From NCBI GenBank assembly GCA_016929115.1, contig JAFGJL010000010.1, forward strand, positions 331 to 64,330: a DNA stretch of 64,000 nt, written 5' to 3'. The notes under the pieces are model-generated. The model saw only the letters and a list, made by a program, of their open reading frames with translations. It was not told the DNA's origin and did not search any database. Each line of letters opens with the position of its first letter. Positions within the stretch are counted from its first letter, which is position 1. Of the stretch, positions 9,545 through 18,808 are shown piece after piece. Source of the stretch: Candidatus Omnitrophota bacterium (GTDB lineage Bacteria > Omnitrophota > Gorgyraeia > 2-01-FULL-45-10). A program made the translations under genes and the position numbers.

Positions 9545-10825
9545 TTAAGCGCCTTCCGATATCCGGCCCATCGATGCCAAAAGTCCTGCCGACACCCAGA
9601 AGAGCGCGGCAAGATTAAGCGAAAACAGGTTTGTGTCCGTGAAAGCGTGAACAAGATATGCGATCATGCCCAGAGCGAGACCTGCCTGCATGCAACGAAG
9701 GAGAGCGTCTTCCGTCTTGCTTATCAGGTGCCGCGCGCGCCACACAAGCGCTGCCGCAAAGGCCAGGAATGCCGACAGACCCAATAATCCGGTATCCGCG
9801 GCTATCTGAAGATAACAATTATGGGCATAGGACCCCTTTTTGCCCTTGTATTCATCTTCGCGGATATTCATATAATTCACAAAGAATGTGTTGATGCCGC
9901 TGCCGATGACCGGATGCTGTTTGAATATCTTCCAGCCGTTTGACCACATGGTGTTCCTTTCAGCGATGCCGCCGAAAGACGTTACCGCCCCCTTCATGTG
10001 TTTCTTGAGAACGAACGGGCTTGCCAGCAATATGATGACCGCGAAAAGCGCGAGCGGTCTTTTTATGCTGCGGAACTTTATGCTGAATAGGGGAGCGATC
10101 AGGAGTCCCACGCCAAAAGCAAGCCAGGCCCCCCTAGTCTTGGTCAATATAAGGAATAGCATAAGGCATGCGGACAGGAGCGCAAAAAATATCCTGGCCA
10201 GGGGCTTTCCTTTATATGCTATGGCCATAATCGCTACGGGAAAGATCATTACCAGGATCCATGACGCGAAATCGTTCGGGAACGGGAACGACGCGGTCGG
10301 GGCCCCAAGGAACGTGGTTATGCGCGGATGTATTGAGCCAGGATATGTGACCATGAACGAGGTGCTGAACTGGAAGGAGGGATACCCGTGGAGTATATCG
10401 ACATAGGTGACGAAATACTGGATGAACGCGTCGATCACTATGACCACGCACGATATGAGCGCCATAACGGAGAAGTTCTTTATCTTTATCCTGTCATTGA
10501 GGGCCTCCTGCGCGACCAGGAAAAGCGCCGCGAACTTCAGGATCTTGGTAAAGAGCGCCTTAAGGCTCAAGGCTGTGTATGCGGTATTGATAAAGGACGG
10601 CAGCGACGCGAGGACAAAGGCCAGCAGCGCTATGTTGACCGCATTGAGAGCGAACAGCCTTTCCCTCTTCAATGCCTTCCTGGCCATGACCGCCACCAGA
10701 GCGACCACTATGCCGATCTCGATGATCGATTTCGAAAAGGGCAGGGCAAATATCAATATGTAAAGCGCCCAGGCCGCTATTTTGTCGAAATACCGCGCTA
10801 TTCTTTCGCGCTGCTCGCTTATCAT
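9545..10825 (-). CDS. waaL: O-antigen ligase family protein
   Basis: Multi-TM; FPFPNDFA, LTKTRGAW, R..MW...HPVIGSGINTF, AHNCYLQIAADTGLLG; start ATG 10825 (ATGA overlap). Confidence 0.82.
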   Translation of the reverse strand: MISEQRERIARYFDKIAAWALYILIFALPFSKSIIEIGIVVALVAVMARKALKRERLFALNAVNIALLAFVLASLPSFINTAYTALSLKALFTKILKFAALFLVAQEALNDRIKIKNFSVMALISCVVIVIDAFIQYFVTYVDILHGYPSFQFSTSFMVTYPGSIHPRITTFLGAPTASFPFPNDFASWILVMIFPVAIMAIAYKGKPLARIFFALLSACLMLFLILTKTRGAWLAFGVGLLIAPLFSIKFRSIKRPLALFAVIILLASPFVLKKHMKGAVTSFGGIAERNTMWSNGWKIFKQHPVIGSGINTFFVNYMNIREDEYKGKKGSYAHNCYLQIAADTGLLGLSAFLAFAAALVWRARHLISKTEDALLRCMQAGLALGMIAYLVHAFTDTNLFSLNLAALFWVSAGLLASMGRISEGA

Positions 10826-11850
10826 TTTTTCTTCCGTCCGAACCGTTTCGTGTCTACGAGCGCCAATCTCAAGCCCAACACCAGCATGACCATGAAGACA
10901 AGGAATGCCACCACAAGGCTCGTCGTCCAGTATGCCTTCGTCACCGTCACGGCCGCGAGCCCCAGGAAGACGCATACGCCATATATGACAAGGACCGCCC
11001 TGAAGCGCTTTAATCCAAGCAGGGCCAGACGGTGCGACGAATGGTCCTTCCCGCCCTGGAATATTGAGCGCCTCTCCAGCATCCTGACCACCGTAACGAG
11101 AGTAGTGTCGAATATGGGGTAACCGAGGATAAGGATCGGGATCATGATCGACGTCGTCCACGAGGACGTCTTCCAGCTTGCCAGTATAGCTATCGTAGCG
11201 AGAAGATACCCGAGAACGAGGCTTCCTGCATCGCCCATAAAGATGCTTGCCTTGGGAAAATTGTGTTTCAGGAAACCCAAAGCGCTCCCCGCCACGGCGA
11301 AAGAGAGCGCGGCCACCATGCCCTGGCCGCTCATGTACGCGACCGTCCCCAGGAACGCCGCGGAAATAACGGCTATGCCGGCCGAAAGGCCGTTCATGTT
11401 GTCCAGAAGGTTGAACGCGTTCGTGATGCCTATTATCCAGAGATATGAGAATATTACATCGAGGTAGTAATTATTGAAAAATTCTATCCTCACGCCGGCC
11501 TTAATGGCGACGAGGGCCGCGAGGAACTGGCCCAGAAGTTTTATATTGGGCATCATGCCCATCTTGTCGTCGATAAGTCCGATCATAATGAGTATGAAAA
11601 TACCGCCTATCATGGCTTGCACATAGCCTGAAGATATGAGATCAACCTTCGTGAGGACCGCGATCAGGAAGGCGAAGAATATCGCGAGGCCTCCCAGAAG
11701 CGGCGTAGGATGGGCGTGGACCTTGTTGTCGTGAGGATGGTCAAGATATCCGAATCTTAAGGCAAGTCTCTTGATGAACGGGATAAGCGAATACGAGACG
11801 ACCAGCGCTACGAAAAAAGCCTCAAGGATCTGAGCTATCTGCATACGCAC
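10822..11850 (-). CDS. wecA: MraY/WecA-family undecaprenyl-phosphate sugar-1-phosphate transferase
   Basis: KVH..PTPLLGGLAI, GLIDD, NAFNLLDNMNGL, IFMGDAGS, PIFDT, GKDHSSHRL. Confidence 0.85.
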   Translation of the reverse strand: MRMQIAQILEAFFVALVVSYSLIPFIKRLALRFGYLDHPHDNKVHAHPTPLLGGLAIFFAFLIAVLTKVDLISSGYVQAMIGGIFILIMIGLIDDKMGMMPNIKLLGQFLAALVAIKAGVRIEFFNNYYLDVIFSYLWIIGITNAFNLLDNMNGLSAGIAVISAAFLGTVAYMSGQGMVAALSFAVAGSALGFLKHNFPKASIFMGDAGSLVLGYLLATIAILASWKTSSWTTSIMIPILILGYPIFDTTLVTVVRMLERRSIFQGGKDHSSHRLALLGLKRFRAVLVIYGVCVFLGLAAVTVTKAYWTTSLVVAFLVFMVMLVLGLRLALVDTKRFGRKKK

Positions 11851-11853
11851 CTC

Positions 11854-12840
11854 TTATGTGAACTTCGGCTTATGTTTGAAATCCATGACGATCCTGGAGA
11901 GGAGCTCGTCTATCTCGATCTCCGGCTTGAACTTCGTCGATCTTTTCAGTTTCGTTATGTCCGGCTCGCGGTGGCGCATGTCCTCGAACCCCTTCTCATA
12001 CGCCTTGTCATACGGGATATGGTGTATCGGCGACCTTGAACCGGTCAGCTCCTTTATCCTTTTGGCTAACGCATTTATCGTTACCTTGTTGGCGGGATTG
12101 CCGATGTTGTATGCCTCGCCGTATAACCTTTGAACGTCGGCCAGGAGCATTACTGCCTTCACCGCGTCCGATACGTCGGTAAAGCACCTTGTCTGCTTGC
12201 CGTCGCCATAGATGGTAATGGGCTCGTTGGCAAGCGCCTGCCTGACGAATCGCGGGACGACCATGCCGTAGCGGCCTGTCTGGCGCGGCCCGCAGGTGTT
12301 GAAGAACCTGATTATTGTCACGGGCAGTTTCTTCTCCTTGAAATACGCGAGCGCAAGGAACTCATCAAGGGCCTTCGTGCACGAATAGCTCCAGCGCGAT
12401 ATCGATGTCGGGCCCAGGACGCGGTCGTCGTTCTCGTTAAAAACGCTCTTGCCGGGCCTGTCCTTGCCGTAGATCTCGGATGTCGAGGCGATGAGGACTT
12501 TTTTATTGCCGTACTCGTGCGCGAGCGACAGCACCATCTCAGTCCCGCCAACGTTGGTCAGGATCGTCTCGAGCGGATGGTCTATCACATACCTGACGCC
12601 GACAGCGGCGGCAAGATGATATATGACGTCGCATTTCTCGACAAGCTCTATCATGAGCGTCTTGTTCATGATGGTATCAATGTAATAGGTGAAATCCTTC
12701 ATCTCTTTCAGATGCGCGATATTCTCCACCCTGCCCGTGGAAAGGTTATCGATAACGGTTACGGTATCCCCTCTCTGCAGGAGCGCCTCCGCAAGATGCG
12801 AACCGATAAAACCCGCACCGCCTGTGATTAGGCATCTCAT
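11854..12840 (-). CDS. NAD-dependent nucleotide-sugar epimerase/dehydratase (UDP-GlcA decarboxylase-like SDR)
   Basis: ITGGAGFIGSHL, HLAAAVGV, ASTSEIYG, YSCTK, RFFNTCGPRQ, GDGKQTRCF. Confidence 0.9.
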   Translation of the reverse strand: MRCLITGGAGFIGSHLAEALLQRGDTVTVIDNLSTGRVENIAHLKEMKDFTYYIDTIMNKTLMIELVEKCDVIYHLAAAVGVRYVIDHPLETILTNVGGTEMVLSLAHEYGNKKVLIASTSEIYGKDRPGKSVFNENDDRVLGPTSISRWSYSCTKALDEFLALAYFKEKKLPVTIIRFFNTCGPRQTGRYGMVVPRFVRQALANEPITIYGDGKQTRCFTDVSDAVKAVMLLADVQRLYGEAYNIGNPANKVTINALAKRIKELTGSRSPIHHIPYDKAYEKGFEDMRHREPDITKLKRSTKFKPEIEIDELLSRIVMDFKHKPKFT

Positions 12841-14078
12841 TTCTTTCTCCTTTTCGCTTCAAAACGATCAAGATACAGCTTCGTCATGTTCTTCACCAGG
12901 TTTTCCTTGCTGAAATACGCGCTGCGCTTCAGGCCCTCGGCGCCGAGACGGTGCCTCAGTTCCCCGCTCTCGATGAGCCTGATGAGACCCGCGACAAAAC
13001 CGCCAAGATCGTTCTTCTTGACGAGGATGCCGTTGGCGCCGTCCTCCACAATATCGCCGACGCCACCTACATCTGTCGCGATGACCGGCCTCGAACAGGC
13101 CATCGCCTCGATAAGGGCCAACGGCGTTCCTTCGTTCAGCGAAGTAAGGGCCACGACGTCGAGCGCCTTATAAAGGACCGCGAGGTCATCGCGCCATCCG
13201 AGAAAGCGAACGCAGTCTTCTAAGCCGATCGAGTTAGAAAAACTCTTCAAGACGCCTGAGAGCTCTCCGTCGCCCGCGATGACAAAGACAGCTTTAAGAT
13301 CAGGCCGCCTCTTGCGCACCCCGGCAGCCGCGCTTAAGAACATTATATGGTTCTTGACCGGCACGAGCCGTCCTATAATACCTACCAGTACGGTCTTATC
13401 ATCTATCGCGAGCTCTTTTCGCAAGTCCACCGACACGCCGTTCGACGCGCTTAACCGGCTGATATCGACCCCAAGCGGAATGACCGCGCATTTAGAGCCA
13501 GGCATGATCTTGAACCGCCGCGCTATATCATCTTTCTGGCGCTCGCTCAAGACTACAACTTTATCGGTGACGAGCCCCAGGAACCGTTCGATCATGACAA
13601 AGAGCGCAGTCTTGACCGGACCGAAATAATGCTCAAAGACGTTGCCGTGGAAAGTGTGTATCTTCACCTTGACGCCGCACAAAGCCGCGGCCATCCTGCC
13701 GAGCGTACCCGCCTTGGCCGTGTGCGTGTGGACTATGTCCGGCCTTTCCCTTCGTATGATACCGAGTATCTTGAAGAAAGCCTTTATATCGCCCAGAGGA
13801 CTTATTTCGCGCCCCAGTTCCGGCACAAGCTCCATATCTACGCCCTGCTGCTCCATGAGGTATTTAAAGCTTCCCTCGCCTTTTGCCAAAGAACCGTAGA
13901 TAACCTTTGTCGAAAAGGTCTTAGCGTCCAGCGAAGATGAAAGTATGGACGCGTTGACGGCCGGACCGCCTATATTGAGCCGGGCGATTATCCTGAGGAC
14001 CCTTATCCTCCTTCGCCCTTCAACAGAAGACTGAGGTAGGGCTTCGGAGGATCCCGCAAAGTGCTTCATATTATCCAT
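12837..14078 (-). CDS. GT4 glycosyltransferase
   Basis: IARLNIGGPA, HTHTAKAG, GRLVPVKN, SLNEGTPLALIEAMA, TDVGG; exact start uncertain. Confidence 0.9.
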   Translation of the reverse strand: MDNMKHFAGSSEALPQSSVEGRRRIRVLRIIARLNIGGPAVNASILSSSLDAKTFSTKVIYGSLAKGEGSFKYLMEQQGVDMELVPELGREISPLGDIKAFFKILGIIRRERPDIVHTHTAKAGTLGRMAAALCGVKVKIHTFHGNVFEHYFGPVKTALFVMIERFLGLVTDKVVVLSERQKDDIARRFKIMPGSKCAVIPLGVDISRLSASNGVSVDLRKELAIDDKTVLVGIIGRLVPVKNHIMFLSAAAGVRKRRPDLKAVFVIAGDGELSGVLKSFSNSIGLEDCVRFLGWRDDLAVLYKALDVVALTSLNEGTPLALIEAMACSRPVIATDVGGVGDIVEDGANGILVKKNDLGGFVAGLIRLIESGELRHRLGAEGLKRSAYFSKENLVKNMTKLYLDRFEAKRRKK

Positions 14079-14383
14079 CTAGAATTTTCCGCCGCGCGGC
14101 CTAGCGCGTTCATTATCCCGCTGCCCCGATAAATATTGCCGGCAAAATTGAATATGGCGTTTTTCAACAGCGCGAGAAAATTCACGGCAGCCGACAGGGA
14201 CGCTGAATGGGCTGAGGCCGCGGCAAATACGGAACCTGCCCGCGACGAGAACTTCGCCGCGGCGCCTACGAACGCCGAATTTGAATAGTAGGTGCCCAGC
14301 GCCCTTTCGAGCCTATTAAGAAAGCTGCCGCCGAGAGTTGCCATGCCGGCCAAAAGATCCAATGTGACGCTTCCCCGCATCAT
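14066..14383 (-). CDS. Small hypothetical Ala/Ser/Gly-rich protein
   Basis: Fills the gap, overlaps both neighbours (ATGA with upstream gene), same strand. Confidence 0.6.
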   Translation of the reverse strand: MMRGSVTLDLLAGMATLGGSFLNRLERALGTYYSNSAFVGAAAKFSSRAGSVFAAASAHSASLSAAVNFLALLKNAIFNFAGNIYRGSGIMNALGRAAENSRWII

Positions 14384-14850
14384 GCTTTATCGCCTGCTTT
14401 CGTATCAAAATCAAGGATTGTCCCGTCCAGGACAGAATAGACCGGGTTCAACAAAACGATATTTGAATTTATCTTGATCGGCGTATTGGCGCAATAATAC
14501 TCACCGTTCAATATGACGCATTTCGCCTTTATGAGGACGATCACGTCGCTGTATCCGGCCTCCTTGTCGCCATAGCCTTTAACGGGCTTTATCTCCAGCA
14601 CCTTCTTTATCCTGGCATTGCCGCCCATTATGGCCTCGTCGGGCCTGAAGATCTTCCTGTTATTGGCTACCTCGGTCGGCAGGCGGCACAATACTTTCAC
14701 GTAAAGCTCCCGGCTCAGCTTTTCGGTCTTTGCCCTGTCCGAGAAGTTGATCCTTACGGACATGGCGACCCCCGCGATCAGCAATATCACCAGAAGATCT
14801 ATGAGGTTTATTATACCGAATAATCTGCCCTTATTATCTACCAGCCGCAT
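14380..14850 (-). CDS. DUF4330-like membrane-anchored protein
   Basis: N-terminus MRLVDNKGRLFGIINLIDL followed by one TM helix and a beta-rich domain. Confidence 0.7.
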   Translation of the reverse strand: MRLVDNKGRLFGIINLIDLLVILLIAGVAMSVRINFSDRAKTEKLSRELYVKVLCRLPTEVANNRKIFRPDEAIMGGNARIKKVLEIKPVKGYGDKEAGYSDVIVLIKAKCVILNGEYYCANTPIKINSNIVLLNPVYSVLDGTILDFDTKAGDKA

Positions 14851-16093
14851 ACTCGCTCCTTTTTTTGAACAGGAACCGGTAAAGTTTAGATATACTGAAA
14901 CTGAAGAATATAAGCACCAGCGGCTCTACGAGCCATCTATGCCTCCCCTCCACATAAAAGAAACTCTGCATACAGCAGACGGCCATTAAGACGAATACGA
15001 TGAGCAGCGCCCCCTCCCTGGTCGCGTTATTCCCGGAGAAAACGGCGAGCAGAAGTCCCGCAACTGAAAGCGGCAGCATAACCGAATAGAGCCATTTATA
15101 AATGACAAGGTATAGCCTGGGATACAGATAACCGCTCTGGTCCGAAAACCACCAGAAGTAACGGATCTTTGTGAAATAAAGTCCGATAAAACGCGCCGGG
15201 TTGCGCCTTATAAAGGCGAAGGCCTCGTTCTCGAAGAACTTCTTCTGCCCCAACTCGTCCAGTGAACGGACCTTCTCCTGAAAACCGGCTGGCCACAGGC
15301 CCAGTATCGATCTTCCGTCCTTTGTCAGCGATGCCCCTGTCGCGAGCTCATTATTGCCGCGCCAGAAATTTTCCCCGGTGGTCGATACTATAAAAACGAA
15401 TTCTTTTTGGACCGTGTAATTCCGTATCAGCCATGGCGATATCACTATAAATGCCGCGAGCACCATAAAAGATGCCAGCTTAAGTTTCGTTTTGAAACTG
15501 GCGCTCTTAACGAACAGGAATAAGAACAGGAGCAGGAACGGCAACAGGGACCCGATCATCCCCCTGCTCAAGGTTCCCAACCCTATGATACCGCCGATAA
15601 GCAACGCCCTTAAGGCAGTAGGCCTGTCCTTAAAGCGCAGAAAAAGATAGGTGGCTGAGGCTATAAAGAACGAGTCGATGCTGAGCGGTATAAGGTTAAA
15701 AACATCGTAATACATATAGCCCGGGTGAAAAACGACGAGCGTTGCCGCGATTAACGCGACATCTTCATCGAACAGGGCCTTCGCGATATTGAATATAACG
15801 GCCGCAAGAGCCAGCGAAAAGAGCGCCTGCAGCAAAAGGACCGCCAGATAACTGTGGTTCGTCAGTAGATATATCCCCGCGCATAGATATGTATAGAGCG
15901 GGGTCGTCAAAGACCTGCATGAAGCCCCTAAGAAATTCCCGTACAGGAAGCCCTTGCCGGCCAGGATGTTATTGATTATCTCCTCAAATTCCCATTTCAC
16001 GGGATGGGCATACGTCTTAAAGGCGATTATCAGCGCTATCCTGATCAAAAATGCCGCAGCCAAAATTATGATAAGTTTCTTCTTCATGTCCAC
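14834..16093 (-). CDS. GT-C fold (ArnT/PMT-like) membrane glycosyltransferase
   Basis: Multi-TM; PLY, SPWLIRNY, GENFWRGNN, RHR near the C-terminus. Confidence 0.75.
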   Translation of the reverse strand: MDMKKKLIIILAAAFLIRIALIIAFKTYAHPVKWEFEEIINNILAGKGFLYGNFLGASCRSLTTPLYTYLCAGIYLLTNHSYLAVLLLQALFSLALAAVIFNIAKALFDEDVALIAATLVVFHPGYMYYDVFNLIPLSIDSFFIASATYLFLRFKDRPTALRALLIGGIIGLGTLSRGMIGSLLPFLLLFLFLFVKSASFKTKLKLASFMVLAAFIVISPWLIRNYTVQKEFVFIVSTTGENFWRGNNELATGASLTKDGRSILGLWPAGFQEKVRSLDELGQKKFFENEAFAFIRRNPARFIGLYFTKIRYFWWFSDQSGYLYPRLYLVIYKWLYSVMLPLSVAGLLLAVFSGNNATREGALLIVFVLMAVCCMQSFFYVEGRHRWLVEPLVLIFFSFSISKLYRFLFKKRSEYAAGR

Positions 16094-17082
16094 TAGGAGA
16101 CCTTTACCCCTGTCCCTCTCCAGCTGTTCTTATTCCTGAAAGATATATTGATATCGCTTAGACCCGCCCTTTTAAACCAGCTCTCTATCTCATTCTTGCT
16201 TATATACTGGGTCTTGGCAGCTACCAGCTGATCGAAGACTATATTGAATATATAACGGAAATTAAAGGCCGCTATCGAATCAAGATAATCGTTCAGGGGG
16301 ATGAATCTTGTAACGGGTTTCGTGAAACGCATCTTGTTAAGCGGGTATATGATAAATCTGGACATTGTAAAAAGGAGCGCTGACGCCGGAAACGACAAAA
16401 CATAGAGTAGAAAACGCGGCATCCTGGATGTGATATGCAGCCTCACGGGATCGATGAACTTCCTCACTATGAAATTGCCCTCTTTCGCGTAAACCCAGAC
16501 CGAGATACGCCCGCCCTTCTTAAGCAGCTTCGTGAGCGATCTGAAACCTTCTTCCGGGTCAGGCAGGTGATGCAGCACCCCTATGCAATAGACGTAGTCA
16601 AAGACCTGCGATAGCGGGACGTTATATATATCGGCCTGCATCAAATGAACATTGCTGAATTCCCTCGTATTCTCATGCGCAACATCTATTGCCTTGCTCA
16701 GATCTAACCCCACCACCTCTTTTGCGCCGAACATTGCGGTCTGGTAGACATGGCGGCCGTTACCGCAACCGGCGTCGAGCACTACCTTATCCTTGAGATC
16801 ATTTGGCGAGACGGGCCATATCCAGCTGAGGAACTGCTGACGGTAAAAATCATAATATTCCGGGAAGGCCGTCCATGAATAACCGAAGCCCTCAGCGGTC
16901 TTCTTCTTCAGTTCCGACAGCTTGGGATCGAGGAATCTGGGTATGCCCGATACTACGGGATAGCTGCTGCGGCATTTCCCGCATATCAGCTCACCGTTTG
17001 CGGAATCTTGCCGATCCGCGCCTTCAAACGCGCTGCGGCATTTCGGGCACACTAGTATCTCACACAGATACTTATCTATCAT
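16093..17082 (-). CDS. Trm112-like Zn ribbon fused to class I SAM methyltransferase
   Basis: LVCPKC..LICGKC..YPVVSGIPRF, then VLDAGCGNGR and GVLHHLPDP; start ATG 17082 (ATGA overlap). Confidence 0.85.
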   Translation of the reverse strand: MIDKYLCEILVCPKCRSAFEGADRQDSANGELICGKCRSSYPVVSGIPRFLDPKLSELKKKTAEGFGYSWTAFPEYYDFYRQQFLSWIWPVSPNDLKDKVVLDAGCGNGRHVYQTAMFGAKEVVGLDLSKAIDVAHENTREFSNVHLMQADIYNVPLSQVFDYVYCIGVLHHLPDPEEGFRSLTKLLKKGGRISVWVYAKEGNFIVRKFIDPVRLHITSRMPRFLLYVLSFPASALLFTMSRFIIYPLNKMRFTKPVTRFIPLNDYLDSIAAFNFRYIFNIVFDQLVAAKTQYISKNEIESWFKRAGLSDINISFRNKNSWRGTGVKVS

Positions 17083-17864
17083 TTTACGCTTTCCTTCTTC
17101 CTGGCAACGCACATCACCGCTACACCGAAAGGAAGTCGTGTCTTCTTTACGATCCTGGACTCGAAGTCCAGGATACTGACTAATATGGAGTTCAGGAATG
17201 GAGGCAGGCTCTCGACCCTCGTCCTCTCTACCTTGAGAAAAGGCCTAAGGAGACCGTATTGGACGAGTCTTATGGCCGCAACGAACGGAAATAGGAAGAA
17301 ATTCGCATAAGTCATCCTCGCCACTTCAAACCCCGCCTTCTCAAGCTTAACCTTCAGATCGCATGCCGTATAGCGCCTCTTATGAAAATTGGCTATATCA
17401 TGCTGGCTCCATAGAAAACCGAAAGCCGGCACCGCGATCACGAGGAATCCGCCTTTTGCCATCACCCTGTTCATCTCCTTAAGCGCGCCCAGATCATCTT
17501 CTATGTGCTCTATTATATCGAAAGCGTTCATCAACGAGAACGACCCGTCCTTGTACGGGATATTTTCTGCCGACGCCTGGTTTAGGCATACAGAAGATCT
17601 CTCTTTCGTAAACCTCAGCGCATCCATGGACAGGTCCAGACCGTACACCTTTGCGGCATAGTTCCTGAGGTGGAGCATCTTTCCACCCGCGCCGCATCCC
17701 AGGTCCAGCGCCCGGCCCGTCCGGTCAAAACCTTTAAGGGACACTTCGAGGAAAGCGGCCCATATATCGAACATGCCCTTGTAAAACCAGTTCGTGTCCT
17801 TGAGCTTAAAATCCCTTTCGAACTCTTCTTTCGGCAGGTTCGTCACTATGCCCGCTCTCAGCAA
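17079..17864 (-). CDS. Class I SAM-dependent methyltransferase
   Basis: LDLGCGAG, DIIEHIEDD, VPAF..LWSQHD...HKRRY. Confidence 0.88.
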   Translation of the reverse strand: MLRAGIVTNLPKEEFERDFKLKDTNWFYKGMFDIWAAFLEVSLKGFDRTGRALDLGCGAGGKMLHLRNYAAKVYGLDLSMDALRFTKERSSVCLNQASAENIPYKDGSFSLMNAFDIIEHIEDDLGALKEMNRVMAKGGFLVIAVPAFGFLWSQHDIANFHKRRYTACDLKVKLEKAGFEVARMTYANFFLFPFVAAIRLVQYGLLRPFLKVERTRVESLPPFLNSILVSILDFESRIVKKTRLPFGVAVMCVARKKESVK

Positions 17865-18808
17865 TTTACCTTCTCCTCCACCACGTAAATGGTCCTTCTG
17901 GTCGTTTCGTAATATATCCGCACGCTCAGTTCCGCGAGTAGGCCCATGAATATTATCTGGGTCCCCAGGATGAATGAGAATACGGATAAGAGCAAAAGCG
18001 GGTTCCTATGCACCCACAGCCCCAATATCACTTTCTGGGCAAGCGTTACGAACCCGCAGACCGTACCGACCGCTATCAGCAGCACCCCCCAACCGCCAAA
18101 AAAATACAACGGGCTCGTGGAGGAGTTGCCCAAAAGGAACTTTACGGTAATAAGATCGAATATAACTTTAAGCGTCCTATTGATGCCGTATTTGGACTTG
18201 CCCCACCTGCGTCCCCTGTGGTTCACCTCTATCTCCACTATCTTCCCGCCCATCCAATATACGTAAACAGGTATGAAGCGGTGCATCTCACCGTAAAGGT
18301 TCACATTCTTCAGGACGTCCCGCCTGTACATCTTGAGCGTGCACCCGTAATCATGCAACTTCAATCCGGTAAGCGCCGATATTATGCGGTTGGCTATCAT
18401 CGAGGGAAGGCGCCTGCTCAAAAAAGGCTCCTTCCTTTTCCTGCGCCATCCGTTGACAAGGTCATAACCTTCATCCATCTTCTTAAGGAGAAGGGCAGCG
18501 TCCCGCGGGTCGTTCTGCAGGTCCGCGTCCATCGTCATCACGTATTTGCCCTGGGCGTGGTCGATGCCGGCAGCAATGGCGGAGGTCTGCCCGAAATTCC
18601 TCCTTAAGAGGACCGCCTTCACCTTGCTATCCGCCTTGGCCAGGCCCCTTATCAGGTCCCTGCTCTTATCGATACTACCGTCATCGACGAATATGATCTC
18701 GTAAGGATTGTTTATCGCGGAAAAGACTTCCCGCAATTCATCGTAAAGCACGGGAATGTTCTGCTCTTCATTGTAGACCGGGATCACGACCGATATCATC
18801 TCGCTCAT
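17858..18808 (-). CDS. GT2 ArnC/GtrB-like undecaprenyl-phosphate glycosyltransferase
   Basis: ISVVIPVYNEE, RRNFGQT, MDADLQNDP, HDYGCTLK, YGEMHRFIP, two C-terminal TM helices; start ATG 18808. Confidence 0.9.
   Translation of the reverse strand: MSEMISVVIPVYNEEQNIPVLYDELREVFSAINNPYEIIFVDDGSIDKSRDLIRGLAKADSKVKAVLLRRNFGQTSAIAAGIDHAQGKYVMTMDADLQNDPRDAALLLKKMDEGYDLVNGWRRKRKEPFLSRRLPSMIANRIISALTGLKLHDYGCTLKMYRRDVLKNVNLYGEMHRFIPVYVYWMGGKIVEIEVNHRGRRWGKSKYGINRTLKVIFDLITVKFLLGNSSTSPLYFFGGWGVLLIAVGTVCGFVTLAQKVILGLWVHRNPLLLLSVFSFILGTQIIFMGLLAELSVRIYYETTRRTIYVVEEKVNC

Noticed and set aside
9545-11161. Long N-terminal extensions in the ORF track (538-aa ligase; also 2196-3272, 3806-4873, 28297-29835, 42671-43222)
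   Set aside because: The extensions overlap upstream genes; internal ATGs with ATGA coupling or an RBS give family-typical starts
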